A DNA stretch of 64,000 nt, from contig JAOZPE010000002.1 of NCBI GenBank assembly GCA_029932915.1, positions 7,546 to 71,545 of the forward strand, given 5' to 3'. This DNA comes from Candidatus Krumholzibacteriia bacterium (lineage in GTDB: Bacteria > Krumholzibacteriota > Krumholzibacteriia > JAJRXK01). The notes beneath the pieces are model-generated. The model was not told the origin of the DNA and made no database searches. It saw only the letters and a list, made by a program, of their open reading frames with translations. Below, one piece after another: positions 27,758-38,649 of the stretch. A program made the translations under genes and the position numbers. Numbering within the stretch: the first letter of the stretch is position 1; every line of letters begins with the position of its first letter.

Positions 27758-30478
27758 ATGTCCAAGGCATCCAGGATCGGGCCGATCGCCGGCCTGTGGA
27801 TCCTGTGCGCATGGATGGCGCTGTCGGCGCCTCGGGCCGAGGCGCTTCCTCCCTCTGGAGACACCGAGAACGCTCCACGATGGGACAAGAACGCCCACGG
27901 TGTCTTCGTCCTCGATGGTTCCTTCGTACACAACATCGGTGAACTCCAGTTGAACGTCACCAACTGGGGACTCATCGGGAGCCTTCCCGGTTCCCGAGCC
28001 AGCTACAGCGATGCTCCTTCGGCCATGTGGCCCGCCGGCAGCGGGGTCGACTACCTCTACGGAGCGGGTCTCTGGGTGGGGGCCGTCATCAACGGGGTGC
28101 CCCTGGTGAGTACGGGGTATCCGCAGACGGAACTGCTTCCGTCGAACCGCACCCTGGACACGATCTACCGGATGGTGGAAGGAGAACCGCACGGACTGCG
28201 TTATCCCAACGGCGACGGAGACGACGACGGTGACGGAAGCGTCGACGAGGATCCGAAGGACGGTCGCGACAACGACTCCGACGGCCAGATCGATGAGGAC
28301 TATGCGGCCATCGGCGACCAGCATTTCCGCTGTGTGATGCGCGACGACACGCCTCTGTCCGTGGCCAAGTATCCCGACCACGAGCCCATGGGCCTGTCCA
28401 TCACGCAGGAGACCCATCAGTGGACACGCAATGAACTCGAGGATGTCGTCTTGCTCGACTACACCATCGAGAACGTCGGATCACGGATGCTCGAGGACGT
28501 ATGGGTGGGGCTCTATGTCGATGCCGACATCGGGCCGCGCGAGGGACGGGACGCGACCAGCTTCGACGACATGATCGGATTCCTTCCCCGATACCGGGAG
28601 GATGGGAGCCTCCGTATCGTCTCCACCGAGGACAAGGGCAATGCCTGGTTCAACATGGCCTACATGTACGATTGCGATGGAGACGATCACCTGTCCGAGG
28701 GCTACATCGGCATCCTGTTCATCAGTTTCGATTCGGACATCGGGTTGCAGGGCCGTGGTTCTCCGACCACCACCTACATCTCGAACTTCCAGTGGTTCAC
28801 GGGGCTTCGCTCGTTCGACGAGGGAGGAGAACCGACCAACGACCAGCAGCGCTATACGGCCCTGAGCCGGGGAGTGATCCAGGCCGTGCCGGAGGCGAAG
28901 GACTGCAGGATGGCGAACGACTACCGCTTCCTGGTCAGCGCTCCAGTGGGTTGGCTGCCTCCCCGCGCCAGGTTGAGGGCGCAGATGGCCGTCGTGATGG
29001 GCTCGAGCCTGGAAGACCTGCAGCGCAATGCGGCCGAGGTGATGACGGCCTATTTCGGGCAGTGGTTCGATCGGGACGACGATCCGAGCACCGGGATCCG
29101 TGGCCGCGAGCGCTATGCATGCGAGACCGATGCCGGCGATCCGCCTCCTCCGCCCGCCGCCAATCCCTTGTTCCAGAGGCCGGTGGACTGTCCCAATCCG
29201 AAGTTCTGGTTCCAGCCCAACATCAAGCAGTCGATGCTGAACTACGAGGGTTGTATCTGGATCAACGGCGACTGCCAATTCGAGGAGATGAGGGGACCGG
29301 GGCTCGATTGTTACAGCACCAAGCTCGATTCGGACCGCTACATCGGTTGCACTGGAGTCTTCGGCCGCGAATACAATGTCCTGTGGTACGTCGGTTCCCG
29401 GCCCCCACCTCCGCCCAGGATGCGGATCTGGCCGGCGCATGAGCGGGTCCACATCTTCTGGGACAACTCCAGCGAGAATTCCCTGGACACGGTGTTCCAC
29501 CGACCACAGTTCGAGGGCTACCGCCTGTGGCGCGCCTCGGGTTGGAAGCGGCCGGCGGGCAGTTCGATCCAGACCGGGCCGAACTCGGATCTGTGGTCGG
29601 CCATCGGTGAGTTCGACGTGGTCGATTCCTTCCAGTACAAGAGGGAACTGCCGGCGGGTGGGGTGCACGTCGAGTGGCGTCCACTGGGTCGGAACACCGG
29701 CTTCGAACCGATCGCCTACACCCCGAAGGTCTTGCGGCCGGACTCATGGGAGGCTTCCTACCACCGGGATCTGCGCGTCTTGCTCGATCAGATCTTCATC
29801 GAGCAGAGCTGGGTCGGGCCGCAGACCTCCATCCGCTATTCCGATGTCCAGGGAGTCACCGATCTGGGGCGCCTCTATCCCCGGCTGCGGCGCTGGGAAG
29901 GCAGCTACGACCACCTGGACACCTTGCAGGCCTACCACTTCGGTACCCGCTGGTATGAGTTCGTCGATCGCGGTCTGCACGATGGATTCCACTACTTCCA
30001 CGCGGTGAGCACGACCTCACGGATGCTGGCCCGCCGCGACGGCAAGATCGTGGTGGTGGGCATGGGGCAAGAAGGCGTGCCCCAGAACAACTTCGAGGCG
30101 ACGATGCCCATCTCCCAGGCCCAGACCCCCGAGGAGCGCCGCGACGAAGGGCCACAGATCTACGTGGTGCCCAATCCGGCGACCCGCGTCCGGCTCGAGG
30201 AATTCTCTTCGCTGCATCCCAACGCCACCGACCCGACCGGACTGCACGTGGAGTTCAAGAACCTGCCCCGTGCGCCGGTGGTGGTGAACATCTACACCCT
30301 GGCCGGTGATCTGGTGATCTCCATTCCGCACGATGGCACCGACGGTGACGGGTCGCTCATCTGGAATCTGGTGAGCCGGAACGGTCAGCAGGTGGTCAGC
30401 GGCATCTACCTCTACTCGGTGGAATCGTCCGACTCCAGGTTCTCCACCTTCGTGGGAAGATTCGTACTGGTGCTCTAG
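27758..30478 (+). CDS. large secreted protein (about 907 aa) with acidic Ca-binding-like repeats and a C-terminal FlgD-like Ig domain
   Basis: ATG 27758 with signal peptide MSKASRIGPIAGLWILCAWMALSAPRAEA. DGDDDGDGSVDEDPKDGRDNDSDGQIDED. C-terminus PVVVNIYTLAGDLVISIPHDGTDGDGSLIWNLVSRNGQQVVSGIYLYSVES. Confidence 0.5.
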   Translation: MSKASRIGPIAGLWILCAWMALSAPRAEALPPSGDTENAPRWDKNAHGVFVLDGSFVHNIGELQLNVTNWGLIGSLPGSRASYSDAPSAMWPAGSGVDYLYGAGLWVGAVINGVPLVSTGYPQTELLPSNRTLDTIYRMVEGEPHGLRYPNGDGDDDGDGSVDEDPKDGRDNDSDGQIDEDYAAIGDQHFRCVMRDDTPLSVAKYPDHEPMGLSITQETHQWTRNELEDVVLLDYTIENVGSRMLEDVWVGLYVDADIGPREGRDATSFDDMIGFLPRYREDGSLRIVSTEDKGNAWFNMAYMYDCDGDDHLSEGYIGILFISFDSDIGLQGRGSPTTTYISNFQWFTGLRSFDEGGEPTNDQQRYTALSRGVIQAVPEAKDCRMANDYRFLVSAPVGWLPPRARLRAQMAVVMGSSLEDLQRNAAEVMTAYFGQWFDRDDDPSTGIRGRERYACETDAGDPPPPPAANPLFQRPVDCPNPKFWFQPNIKQSMLNYEGCIWINGDCQFEEMRGPGLDCYSTKLDSDRYIGCTGVFGREYNVLWYVGSRPPPPPRMRIWPAHERVHIFWDNSSENSLDTVFHRPQFEGYRLWRASGWKRPAGSSIQTGPNSDLWSAIGEFDVVDSFQYKRELPAGGVHVEWRPLGRNTGFEPIAYTPKVLRPDSWEASYHRDLRVLLDQIFIEQSWVGPQTSIRYSDVQGVTDLGRLYPRLRRWEGSYDHLDTLQAYHFGTRWYEFVDRGLHDGFHYFHAVSTTSRMLARRDGKIVVVGMGQEGVPQNNFEATMPISQAQTPEERRDEGPQIYVVPNPATRVRLEEFSSLHPNATDPTGLHVEFKNLPRAPVVVNIYTLAGDLVISIPHDGTDGDGSLIWNLVSRNGQQVVSGIYLYSVESSDSRFSTFVGRFVLVL

Positions 30479-31908
30479 CCGGCGTCCGGAGTCCTTCGAG
30501 GGACACGATCTCGAATCGACGTTTCCCTCGGGCTGGCAGAAGGCTCTTCGTGAGGCGGCAAGAGCGGGGTGAGCAGCCGCAGGCGGTGGGCGGCGCTGAG
30601 CGGCCGCTGGTGGAAGGCCGGCTCCTCGAACGCGGCGTGGATCATCGCGCGCCGGAAGCCCACATCGGGAAGGGAGTTCCACGAGGCGATCTCCGCGGGC
30701 GATCCCTCCCGGCCGAGCACCGTCGGGTAGAGCATGGCGATGTACCCGTTCCACCGCTCGGCGTACCCGCCGGCATCCGTTCTCCGGCGGTCTTCGAACC
30801 ATCGCGCCGCGATCTCCCTTCCCCTGAGCACACAAGCTGTCTCATCCGGTGGCAGCCCGTCCCTCCTTCTGCGTGAGCGCTCGAAGTCGGCCGCGACGCG
30901 GGCGTGCAACTCGAGGTCCCATTTCCGGCTGAAGCGCTGCAACTCCTCGGCTGAAGCGCGTCCCTGCAGGATCACCTCGAAGAGCGCACGGGCGTAGGAC
31001 GGCACGTCTCCACCGGCGTCGCGGTAGAAGGAATCGCTGACACAGCGCTGCTCCAGCCGGGCCTCCTCGGCGAAGAGTTCGTCGAGGTGGGCGTGGAAGA
31101 CGTAGCCGGGGCCAGCCCGCAGATGCGCGGTGAGCCGTTCGGGCAGGAGCTGGGTGGTGACGGTGGCCAGCAGCGCCATGCTCAAGGCCACCGCGGGCAG
31201 GCTGGGATGCCGCCGGTACACCCATGCCCACACCAGCATGGCCACGAAGGTGGCTGGCATCAAGGTCGGGTTGGGCCAGTGGACCAGGGCGAAGAGGCCG
31301 GCGGGAACCAGCACCATGCAAACGGGTGAGGCCTGCAGTGTCCGGAGCCGGCTTACCGGAAAGACCAGGACGAATAGAAGCTGCACGAAGGCGTACACCG
31401 GATAGCCGAGCAGGGACCACAGGATCCGCCGTCCCGGGATCGGCTGGGGATGCAGCAGGAAGAGGGCCAGCGCCGGGGCGGCCAGGACGAGGGTGGCCGG
31501 CCCCAGCGAGCGCCACGCCGCGCGGAAGGTCCGGGCCGAACCCCACACCGCCGGCCATCCCGGATCGCGTCGCAGGAGGAACGCGATGGCGCCGATCGCC
31601 GCCGCCGCGAAGGCCAGGTGGACCGGCTGCCGGCGGCCCGAGGGAAACCAGATCCACACCGCCAGAAACAGCAGCGGCAGGATCAGGGTCTCCAGTGCGG
31701 CGAGCCGAGCCGCACGGGAACGCAGGAGCCATCGTCCCCGGCGCAGGATGAGGATCGTGAAGGCCGACAGCGAGAGGACGCCCAGGACGGCCCAGGCGGT
31801 GGCGGAGAGTGGTAGGGGGGTGGCGTACCGCAGATCGACCCGGTGATAGCGCAGAGCCACCCCCAGGAGGAGGGCGAGCCAACTCGTGAGCAGCGGCAGC
31901 CAGGCCAT
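30475..31908 (-). CDS. integral membrane protein (about 8 TM) with a cytoplasmic C-terminal domain; remote CPBP/Abi-like features
   Basis: ATG 31908 (MAWLPLLTSWLALLLGVAL). Has FALVH (an FxxxH-like motif) but lacks the EExxxR catalytic glutamates. Confidence 0.4.
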   Translation of the reverse strand: MAWLPLLTSWLALLLGVALRYHRVDLRYATPLPLSATAWAVLGVLSLSAFTILILRRGRWLLRSRAARLAALETLILPLLFLAVWIWFPSGRRQPVHLAFAAAAIGAIAFLLRRDPGWPAVWGSARTFRAAWRSLGPATLVLAAPALALFLLHPQPIPGRRILWSLLGYPVYAFVQLLFVLVFPVSRLRTLQASPVCMVLVPAGLFALVHWPNPTLMPATFVAMLVWAWVYRRHPSLPAVALSMALLATVTTQLLPERLTAHLRAGPGYVFHAHLDELFAEEARLEQRCVSDSFYRDAGGDVPSYARALFEVILQGRASAEELQRFSRKWDLELHARVAADFERSRRRRDGLPPDETACVLRGREIAARWFEDRRRTDAGGYAERWNGYIAMLYPTVLGREGSPAEIASWNSLPDVGFRRAMIHAAFEEPAFHQRPLSAAHRLRLLTPLLPPHEEPSASPRETSIRDRVPRRTPDAG

Positions 31909-32441
31909 GGGTCCTCGAGAGTGCTCCGGTGAAGGGATTCGGAAACGGGAAAGCGCCGGCAAGGAGTGCCGTTCCGAGAAGAAGGTCCCGCCGCCTCTGC
32001 GCCGGGACCTCCCGGGTTCGATGTGGTGGCGATGGGGCCCCCTTTCCTCGGGGTTTCCCCGTGCGCACATCGTGCGATGGAAGGTCCCCTAAGGGGTCGC
32101 CACCTCCATCAAGCCACTGAAGTCGTTACAGCCCACTGGATCACCTCCTTCGCGGCGCTTGCCGATCGGCGGGCCCCTTCCCGCCCGGTCCGCGGGCCGC
32201 CGTCTGCCCGCCTGGGACCGCCGCGCACGGGGCGCGGTCTCCAGCCGCATCTTCCTCCGCCGGTGGAGGCTTTGTCAACCAGCCCCAGGGAATGGGGCCG
32301 CAAGTCTGCTTCGGACATTGCGTTGGGCGCGGTTTCGGGTACTTTTTGTCCGGACCCGGAGATCTCCGGAGGCGCTCGCCGCCCCTGGGAGGCTTCTCCT
32401 GCCGGAGACCCCGCTCAACGTGTATCGGAACGGAGATTCCA

Positions 32442-33898
<1,457 letters not shown>

Positions 33899-33917
33899 CC
33901 GCACTGTTGCCGCTACC

Positions 33918-33975
33918 ATCCGCAGATCCCACTCTGCGGACGGCTCTTCCCTCATCCCCCTGCTTTCGGGCGGGG
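33918..33975. terminator. two hairpins between convergent ahcY and the glycosyltransferase gene
   Basis: tccgcaga-tcccac-tctgcgga and atccccc-tgctttcgggc-gggggat. Confidence 0.4.
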
Positions 33976-35892
33976 GGATCTCTCATCTTGCGATCCATCG
34001 GCTCGGTCCAGACGGAAGCGGCGGAAGGCCAGGGCCAGCGGTTGACCGGCCGGCCCGCCGGTTCGTTCGAAGTGGAAGCGGACGAGGTGGTGGGTGCCCT
34101 CTTTCAACGGCAGTTCCATCTCCTGCCAGGTCCAGGGCGGATCGCCGGTGGTGAAGGGGCCGAAGTCGACTCCGTCCACGGTGGCCGACCAGGTCTGTGG
34201 TGAAGGAGAGGACTCGGCCACCGTGACCTCGAAGCGCAGGGCCCTGGCCGCAGTGTCCGAATCGATCTCCAGGCTCGCCTGGTGTCCCTGGGCCCAGCGG
34301 CCCCAATCCTCCCGTGGATTCCAGCCTGCACCGAACCAGAACGGACCGTCCATGAGGTGGTAGACGGACAGCACGGCTCCGACCCTGAGGGTGTCGCTGC
34401 GTACCTTCCGGAGCGTCGAATCGGCGTCGACGGTCGCTGCCATCCGGCGCATCCACTCGTTCCAGCCGCGTTCACCGGACCGGAGCAGGGGGCTGTCGTC
34501 GAGCAGCGAGATCACCACGATCTGGCTGCTTCCACCACCGGCCCACCACTGCCGGAGCTCGTCTTCCCGTTCCTGGAGCTGCGTCGCCGGAGGGCTGTGG
34601 TCCGGCGAGAAGGCCGGAGGTGGGGTCTCGATCATCACCGACGAGCTCGTGTGGGCCCTCCGCTGGAGGAGCCGGACCCATCCGGCGCTGAAGCCGTCGA
34701 AGGTTCCCAGGATCAGCGTGGGGGGAGTCTCACGGAGCTGATCCTCGACGAGATGGGAGAGACCGGCCAGCGAAGCCTGGATGGGGGGATACTCCTTCTC
34801 CACGAGTCTGCGGCCGTCGTCCCACCGCAGACCCGCTGCGATCACCACGGCGAGGGTCATCACCGGGAGGAGACGGCGGAAACCCACCACACGTTCCAGG
34901 ACTTCCGCTCCGATACCGGCGGCCAGGAAGAGCGCAACCGCCGGCGCGCTGAGATTGCGGTCGAGGAGATAGGGATGCAGCGCCAACGCCGCGATGGAGG
35001 ACAGGACATAGGCTCCGGCCGCCCAGGTGATGGCACTGCGGCGGAACGATGCCAGAGCGGCAAGGAGCACGACCGGGGCGGCCACGAGCGGACCGGCCGA
35101 GAAACGATGGGCGAAGAGTTGCGCGTACCACGCCAGATGCTGCCACGGGGAAAGTCCGGCCGCATTCGAACGGTTCCTCGCGAACGCGGCGAACATCGAG
35201 AACCCCTGCCTCTGGAGAGCGAGGAACAGCAGGAACAGGGCTGCCACGGCCACGGCCCCTCCCAGCGAGAAGAACAGATTGCGGCGGCCGGGACGGCTGA
35301 GGGCGGCCACCGGAAGAGCCACCAACAAGGGCAGGCCCACGTTGTATTTCGTCAGGAGGGTCGACAGGGCCAACAGAGCGGACAGGACGTACCATCGCAA
35401 CGATTCTTCCCTCACCGCCCGTTCGATGGCGAGCAGGCTTGCCACCAGCAGCAGGATCGCCAGGGGTTCGACCATGAGGGTCGGAGCGAGGCCCATGAGC
35501 AGCGGGGCGCCCAGGAAGAGCGCCGCTGACAGAGGATTCCTTCGGGCCAGCAGGATGACGGTGGCGAGATGGATGAACAGCCCCAGGATCAACCACGAGA
35601 GGGGCGACGAACCGAAGACGGCGAACCAGCTTCCTGTGACCACCGAGTGGAAGGGAGGATAGAGATCGGCGGTGAAGAGCTCCGCGGCGATCCTCACCGG
35701 CGAGCCCGAGCGCAGCGCATCGGCGAAATCCACCGCTCCCAGCTCGTGGTGGGACATGTCCCACAGGAGCGGCGTGTCCGCACTCCAGTGCCAGGGTGCC
35801 AGCCCCACGTAGAGGAGCACCGCTGCCATTGTCAGCAACAGGACCCACGGAAGCCGCCTCTTCGAGAGGCGTGTCGGAGAGACGGAGATCAT
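33952..35892 (-). CDS. PMT/ArnT-like (GT39/GT83-type) polytopic membrane glycosyltransferase with a C-terminal periplasmic domain
   Basis: ATG 35892 (MISVSPTRLSKRRLPWVLLLTMAAVLLYVG). More than 10 TM helices in the N-terminal 400 aa, then a soluble about 250-aa domain. The family call rests on topology and loose motif resemblance only. Confidence 0.4.
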   Translation of the reverse strand: MISVSPTRLSKRRLPWVLLLTMAAVLLYVGLAPWHWSADTPLLWDMSHHELGAVDFADALRSGSPVRIAAELFTADLYPPFHSVVTGSWFAVFGSSPLSWLILGLFIHLATVILLARRNPLSAALFLGAPLLMGLAPTLMVEPLAILLLVASLLAIERAVREESLRWYVLSALLALSTLLTKYNVGLPLLVALPVAALSRPGRRNLFFSLGGAVAVAALFLLFLALQRQGFSMFAAFARNRSNAAGLSPWQHLAWYAQLFAHRFSAGPLVAAPVVLLAALASFRRSAITWAAGAYVLSSIAALALHPYLLDRNLSAPAVALFLAAGIGAEVLERVVGFRRLLPVMTLAVVIAAGLRWDDGRRLVEKEYPPIQASLAGLSHLVEDQLRETPPTLILGTFDGFSAGWVRLLQRRAHTSSSVMIETPPPAFSPDHSPPATQLQEREDELRQWWAGGGSSQIVVISLLDDSPLLRSGERGWNEWMRRMAATVDADSTLRKVRSDTLRVGAVLSVYHLMDGPFWFGAGWNPREDWGRWAQGHQASLEIDSDTAARALRFEVTVAESSPSPQTWSATVDGVDFGPFTTGDPPWTWQEMELPLKEGTHHLVRFHFERTGGPAGQPLALAFRRFRLDRADGSQDERSPRPKAGG

Positions 35893-35912
35893 CTTCCGTC
35901 CTCCACTTCCGC

Positions 35913-36707
35913 TCAGGATTGCATCAGCGAGAAACGACACATCTCGTTGCGGTCGACACTCTCCAGGCGCAGGTAGTAGAGCCCGTTGGGCAAGGTCTCG
36001 CCCTCGCCGTCACGTGCATTCCATCGCACTTCGTGGCGCCCGGCACGCAGCACCTTGACCGGCTTCAGCGGAAGATCGTCGTCCTTGGGCTCGAGCAGCT
36101 TCAGGACCAGCTCGTGGACCCCCGGTTCCATGGTGGCGTGCAGCAACTCGCCGCGGAACTTCTTCTGATCGTCGTAGATGCTCACCGTCACCGTCTGCGT
36201 CCGGGGAAGGACGAAGCGGAAGGTGATGCGCTTCTTCTGGATCTCCGGGAAGCGGTAGACCGGCGTGGTACCGTCGACCGCGCTGGCGACGTTTCCCTTG
36301 AAGAAGACCCAGGTGGTGTCGTTGGCGCTCGTCCAGCTCCACTGGGTATCGAAGTAGCCGCCGACGGTCTCGACCCGGTCGGGCTCGCCCTTCAGCAGTT
36401 TCACCTGTTCGGCGGTCAAGCCCGGGGTGAGGCGGCCGTAGTAGATGGCCTGGTACTGCTCGGCGGGCAGGGCCGGATGGGCCTGCAGATACTCGAGCCG
36501 GTCGCTGCGCCTCGCTCCGTCGGGCATGTTCTCCAGAGGCGGCAGTGAGCTTCCACAGGCTCCCAGGAGCAGAAGGAGGACCACGGTGCTGATCCACAGG
36601 ATGGCGTTTCTCCAGAAGGCCGCCGTTCCCTTCCATGCGCGGCGGATCGCTTCGGGGGGAAGGATGGAGAGCAGAAGCGTCGAGCTCGAAGGGCGGGGGG
36701 CGGTCAT
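35913..36707 (-). CDS. secreted or lipo-protein with a C-terminal FlgD-like Ig domain
   Basis: ATG 36707 with AGGAGG 6 nt upstream. Signal plus lipobox VVLLLLLGACGSS. C-terminus VLRAGRHEVRWNARDGEGETLPNGLYYLRLESV. The gene lies 21 nt upstream of the glycosyltransferase gene on the same strand. Confidence 0.5.
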   Translation of the reverse strand: MTAPRPSSSTLLLSILPPEAIRRAWKGTAAFWRNAILWISTVVLLLLLGACGSSLPPLENMPDGARRSDRLEYLQAHPALPAEQYQAIYYGRLTPGLTAEQVKLLKGEPDRVETVGGYFDTQWSWTSANDTTWVFFKGNVASAVDGTTPVYRFPEIQKKRITFRFVLPRTQTVTVSIYDDQKKFRGELLHATMEPGVHELVLKLLEPKDDDLPLKPVKVLRAGRHEVRWNARDGEGETLPNGLYYLRLESVDRNEMCRFSLMQS

Positions 36708-36849
36708 GATCATCCTCCTGAGGGGTCCATCGATCCGGGCGCAGTGGAGTCTCGCACCATGGGGCCGCGCGCTCAAGCCTCCGGCGCGTCTTCCTTCTTC
36801 CGCAGCATCATGGAGGCAGCATCACGGAGCGGCCGCTGCGGCTGGGTGC

Positions 36850-37680
36850 TCAGTCTTCCGGTGCGTCTTGCCGATGCTGCATCTCCTGGAAGACGCGGCC
36901 GTCGTCCAGACGAACGGCGGTGAGCTGGCCTCCCCACACGCAGGCGCTGTCCAGGCACCATACGTCGTCCCGCAGCATCAGCCCGAGCATGGCCCAGTGG
37001 CCGAAGATCACCCGGTGGCTGCGCCAGCGCGCATCGGCCGCCTCGAACCAGGGGAGGGCGCCGGGGGGAATCTCGTCCTTGCCCTTCACGAAGCCCTCGA
37101 CCATCTCCCCCCGCTGGTCGATCAGACGCAGCAGGGTGGCACCGTGGAGGAAGAGAACCTCCTCCGGCGGAAGGGAATCGTCCGCCGGATCGGCACTGCC
37201 CGCCCTGCGGCCGAGCCGCCACGATGCCTCCAGCAGTGCGCGGGCTCCGTCTCCCTGCAAGCGCCGCTGACAGCGGGCGGCCAGTTCCTGCGCCTCGGAA
37301 ATGCTCCACTGCGGCAACAGACCGGCGTGGACCAGGGCGAAGTGCTCGTGGACGAGGAGGAGGGGCCGCCGGCGGACCCATTCGAGCAGTTCCGCTCCGT
37401 CGGGCGCATCGAGGATCGCTCGGATGCTCTCGCGCCGTTTCACGTCCTGCAGCCTGAGACCGTCGGCGAGGAGATGGATCTCATGGTTGCCCAACACCCA
37501 CTCGATGTGGTCTTCCCCCTGGCGGGCCCATCGCAGCACTTCCCGGCCGAAGCGTCCGCGGCCCACCAGGTCACCGGTGAGCAGCAGGCGGTCGCGCGAG
37601 GGCGCGAAGCCGATGCGCTGGAGCAGACCCTGCAGGGTGTGCCAGCAACCGTGGATGTCGCCGATCGCGTAGGTGGCCAT
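36850..37680 (-). CDS. apaH: bis(5'-nucleosyl)-tetraphosphatase (symmetrical)
   Basis: ATG 37680. MATYAIGDIHGCWHTLQGLL, GDLVGRG, GNHE metallophosphatase motifs, collinear with E. coli ApaH. Confidence 0.85.
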   Translation of the reverse strand: MATYAIGDIHGCWHTLQGLLQRIGFAPSRDRLLLTGDLVGRGRFGREVLRWARQGEDHIEWVLGNHEIHLLADGLRLQDVKRRESIRAILDAPDGAELLEWVRRRPLLLVHEHFALVHAGLLPQWSISEAQELAARCQRRLQGDGARALLEASWRLGRRAGSADPADDSLPPEEVLFLHGATLLRLIDQRGEMVEGFVKGKDEIPPGALPWFEAADARWRSHRVIFGHWAMLGLMLRDDVWCLDSACVWGGQLTAVRLDDGRVFQEMQHRQDAPED

Positions 37681-37888
37681 GGGCGGCAGCTTGGGCTCTC
37701 CGGGGCCGGCGATCAAGGGTGGATCCACCGGCGTGCGGGCAAGGAAGGCCTTGGGTTTTTCGGGGGATTCATTAGGATGTGGACGGAGTTGTCCGGCCGC
37801 TGCGGGGAAGCAAGGTTTCCTGCCGGCACCGTTTCGTTCGGGTTCTCGCTCCTGCGGAGCGAGGCGCGCGTTCTCCAGGAGGCTGTCC

Positions 37889-38596
37889 ATGCGTCGCATC
37901 GTCCCCCTTGTCGCCCTGTCGTCCCTTCTCCTGGGTGGGGTCCTGCTGGCCGGCTGCGGCAGCAAGAACGAGGATACCCACGCCACCGCCGATCAGAGTC
38001 AGGAGACTTCGGCGAAGGAGAATCCCACCCCCTTGCCTCCGGTGAGCGGGAACGAGGAACTGCCCGCCGGCCATCCGCCGATCGAAGGCATGGCACCCAC
38101 CGGGGAGGAATTGGATTCTCCCACCGTCATCGCCGGCGTCTCCTACACGGTCCCGGCCGAGTGGGTGGACGTGGGTCCGTCGGGGATGCGGAAGGCACAG
38201 TTCCAGATGCCCCCGCAGGGAAGCGACACGGCAGCGGCCGAGATGGCGGTCTTCTATTTCGGAGCGAGCAACGGCGGTGGAGTCGAAGCCAATATCGAAC
38301 GGTGGGTCGCCCAGATGAGCCAGCCGGACGGAAGCAGTTCGGCTGACCATGCCACGCGCGAGGATCTGGTGGTGGACGGAATGCCCGTTCACATCGTCAC
38401 CGTCGACGGCACCTACCTTTCGGGGAACATGGGCGGCAACCCCAGCCCTCCCCGGGAGGGATACCGTATGGTGGGCGCCATCGTCGAGGGGCCGCAGGGC
38501 AGCGTCTTCTTCAAGCTTGTCGGTCCGGAGGAGACGGCCAAGGCCATGGAAGCGGGTCTGCGTGATCTGGTGAAGAGCTTCAAGAAGGTCGACTGA
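37889..38596 (+). CDS. hypothetical lipoprotein (235 aa)
   Basis: CCAGGAGG RBS, ATG 37889. MRRIVPLVALSSLLLGGVLLAGCGS lipobox. Confidence 0.5.
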   Translation: MRRIVPLVALSSLLLGGVLLAGCGSKNEDTHATADQSQETSAKENPTPLPPVSGNEELPAGHPPIEGMAPTGEELDSPTVIAGVSYTVPAEWVDVGPSGMRKAQFQMPPQGSDTAAAEMAVFYFGASNGGGVEANIERWVAQMSQPDGSSSADHATREDLVVDGMPVHIVTVDGTYLSGNMGGNPSPPREGYRMVGAIVEGPQGSVFFKLVGPEETAKAMEAGLRDLVKSFKKVD

Positions 38597-38649
38597 ACGC
38601 TTCGATTGCAGACTTCCGACCCTGCTGGACCTTGGATGGAGGCCCATTG

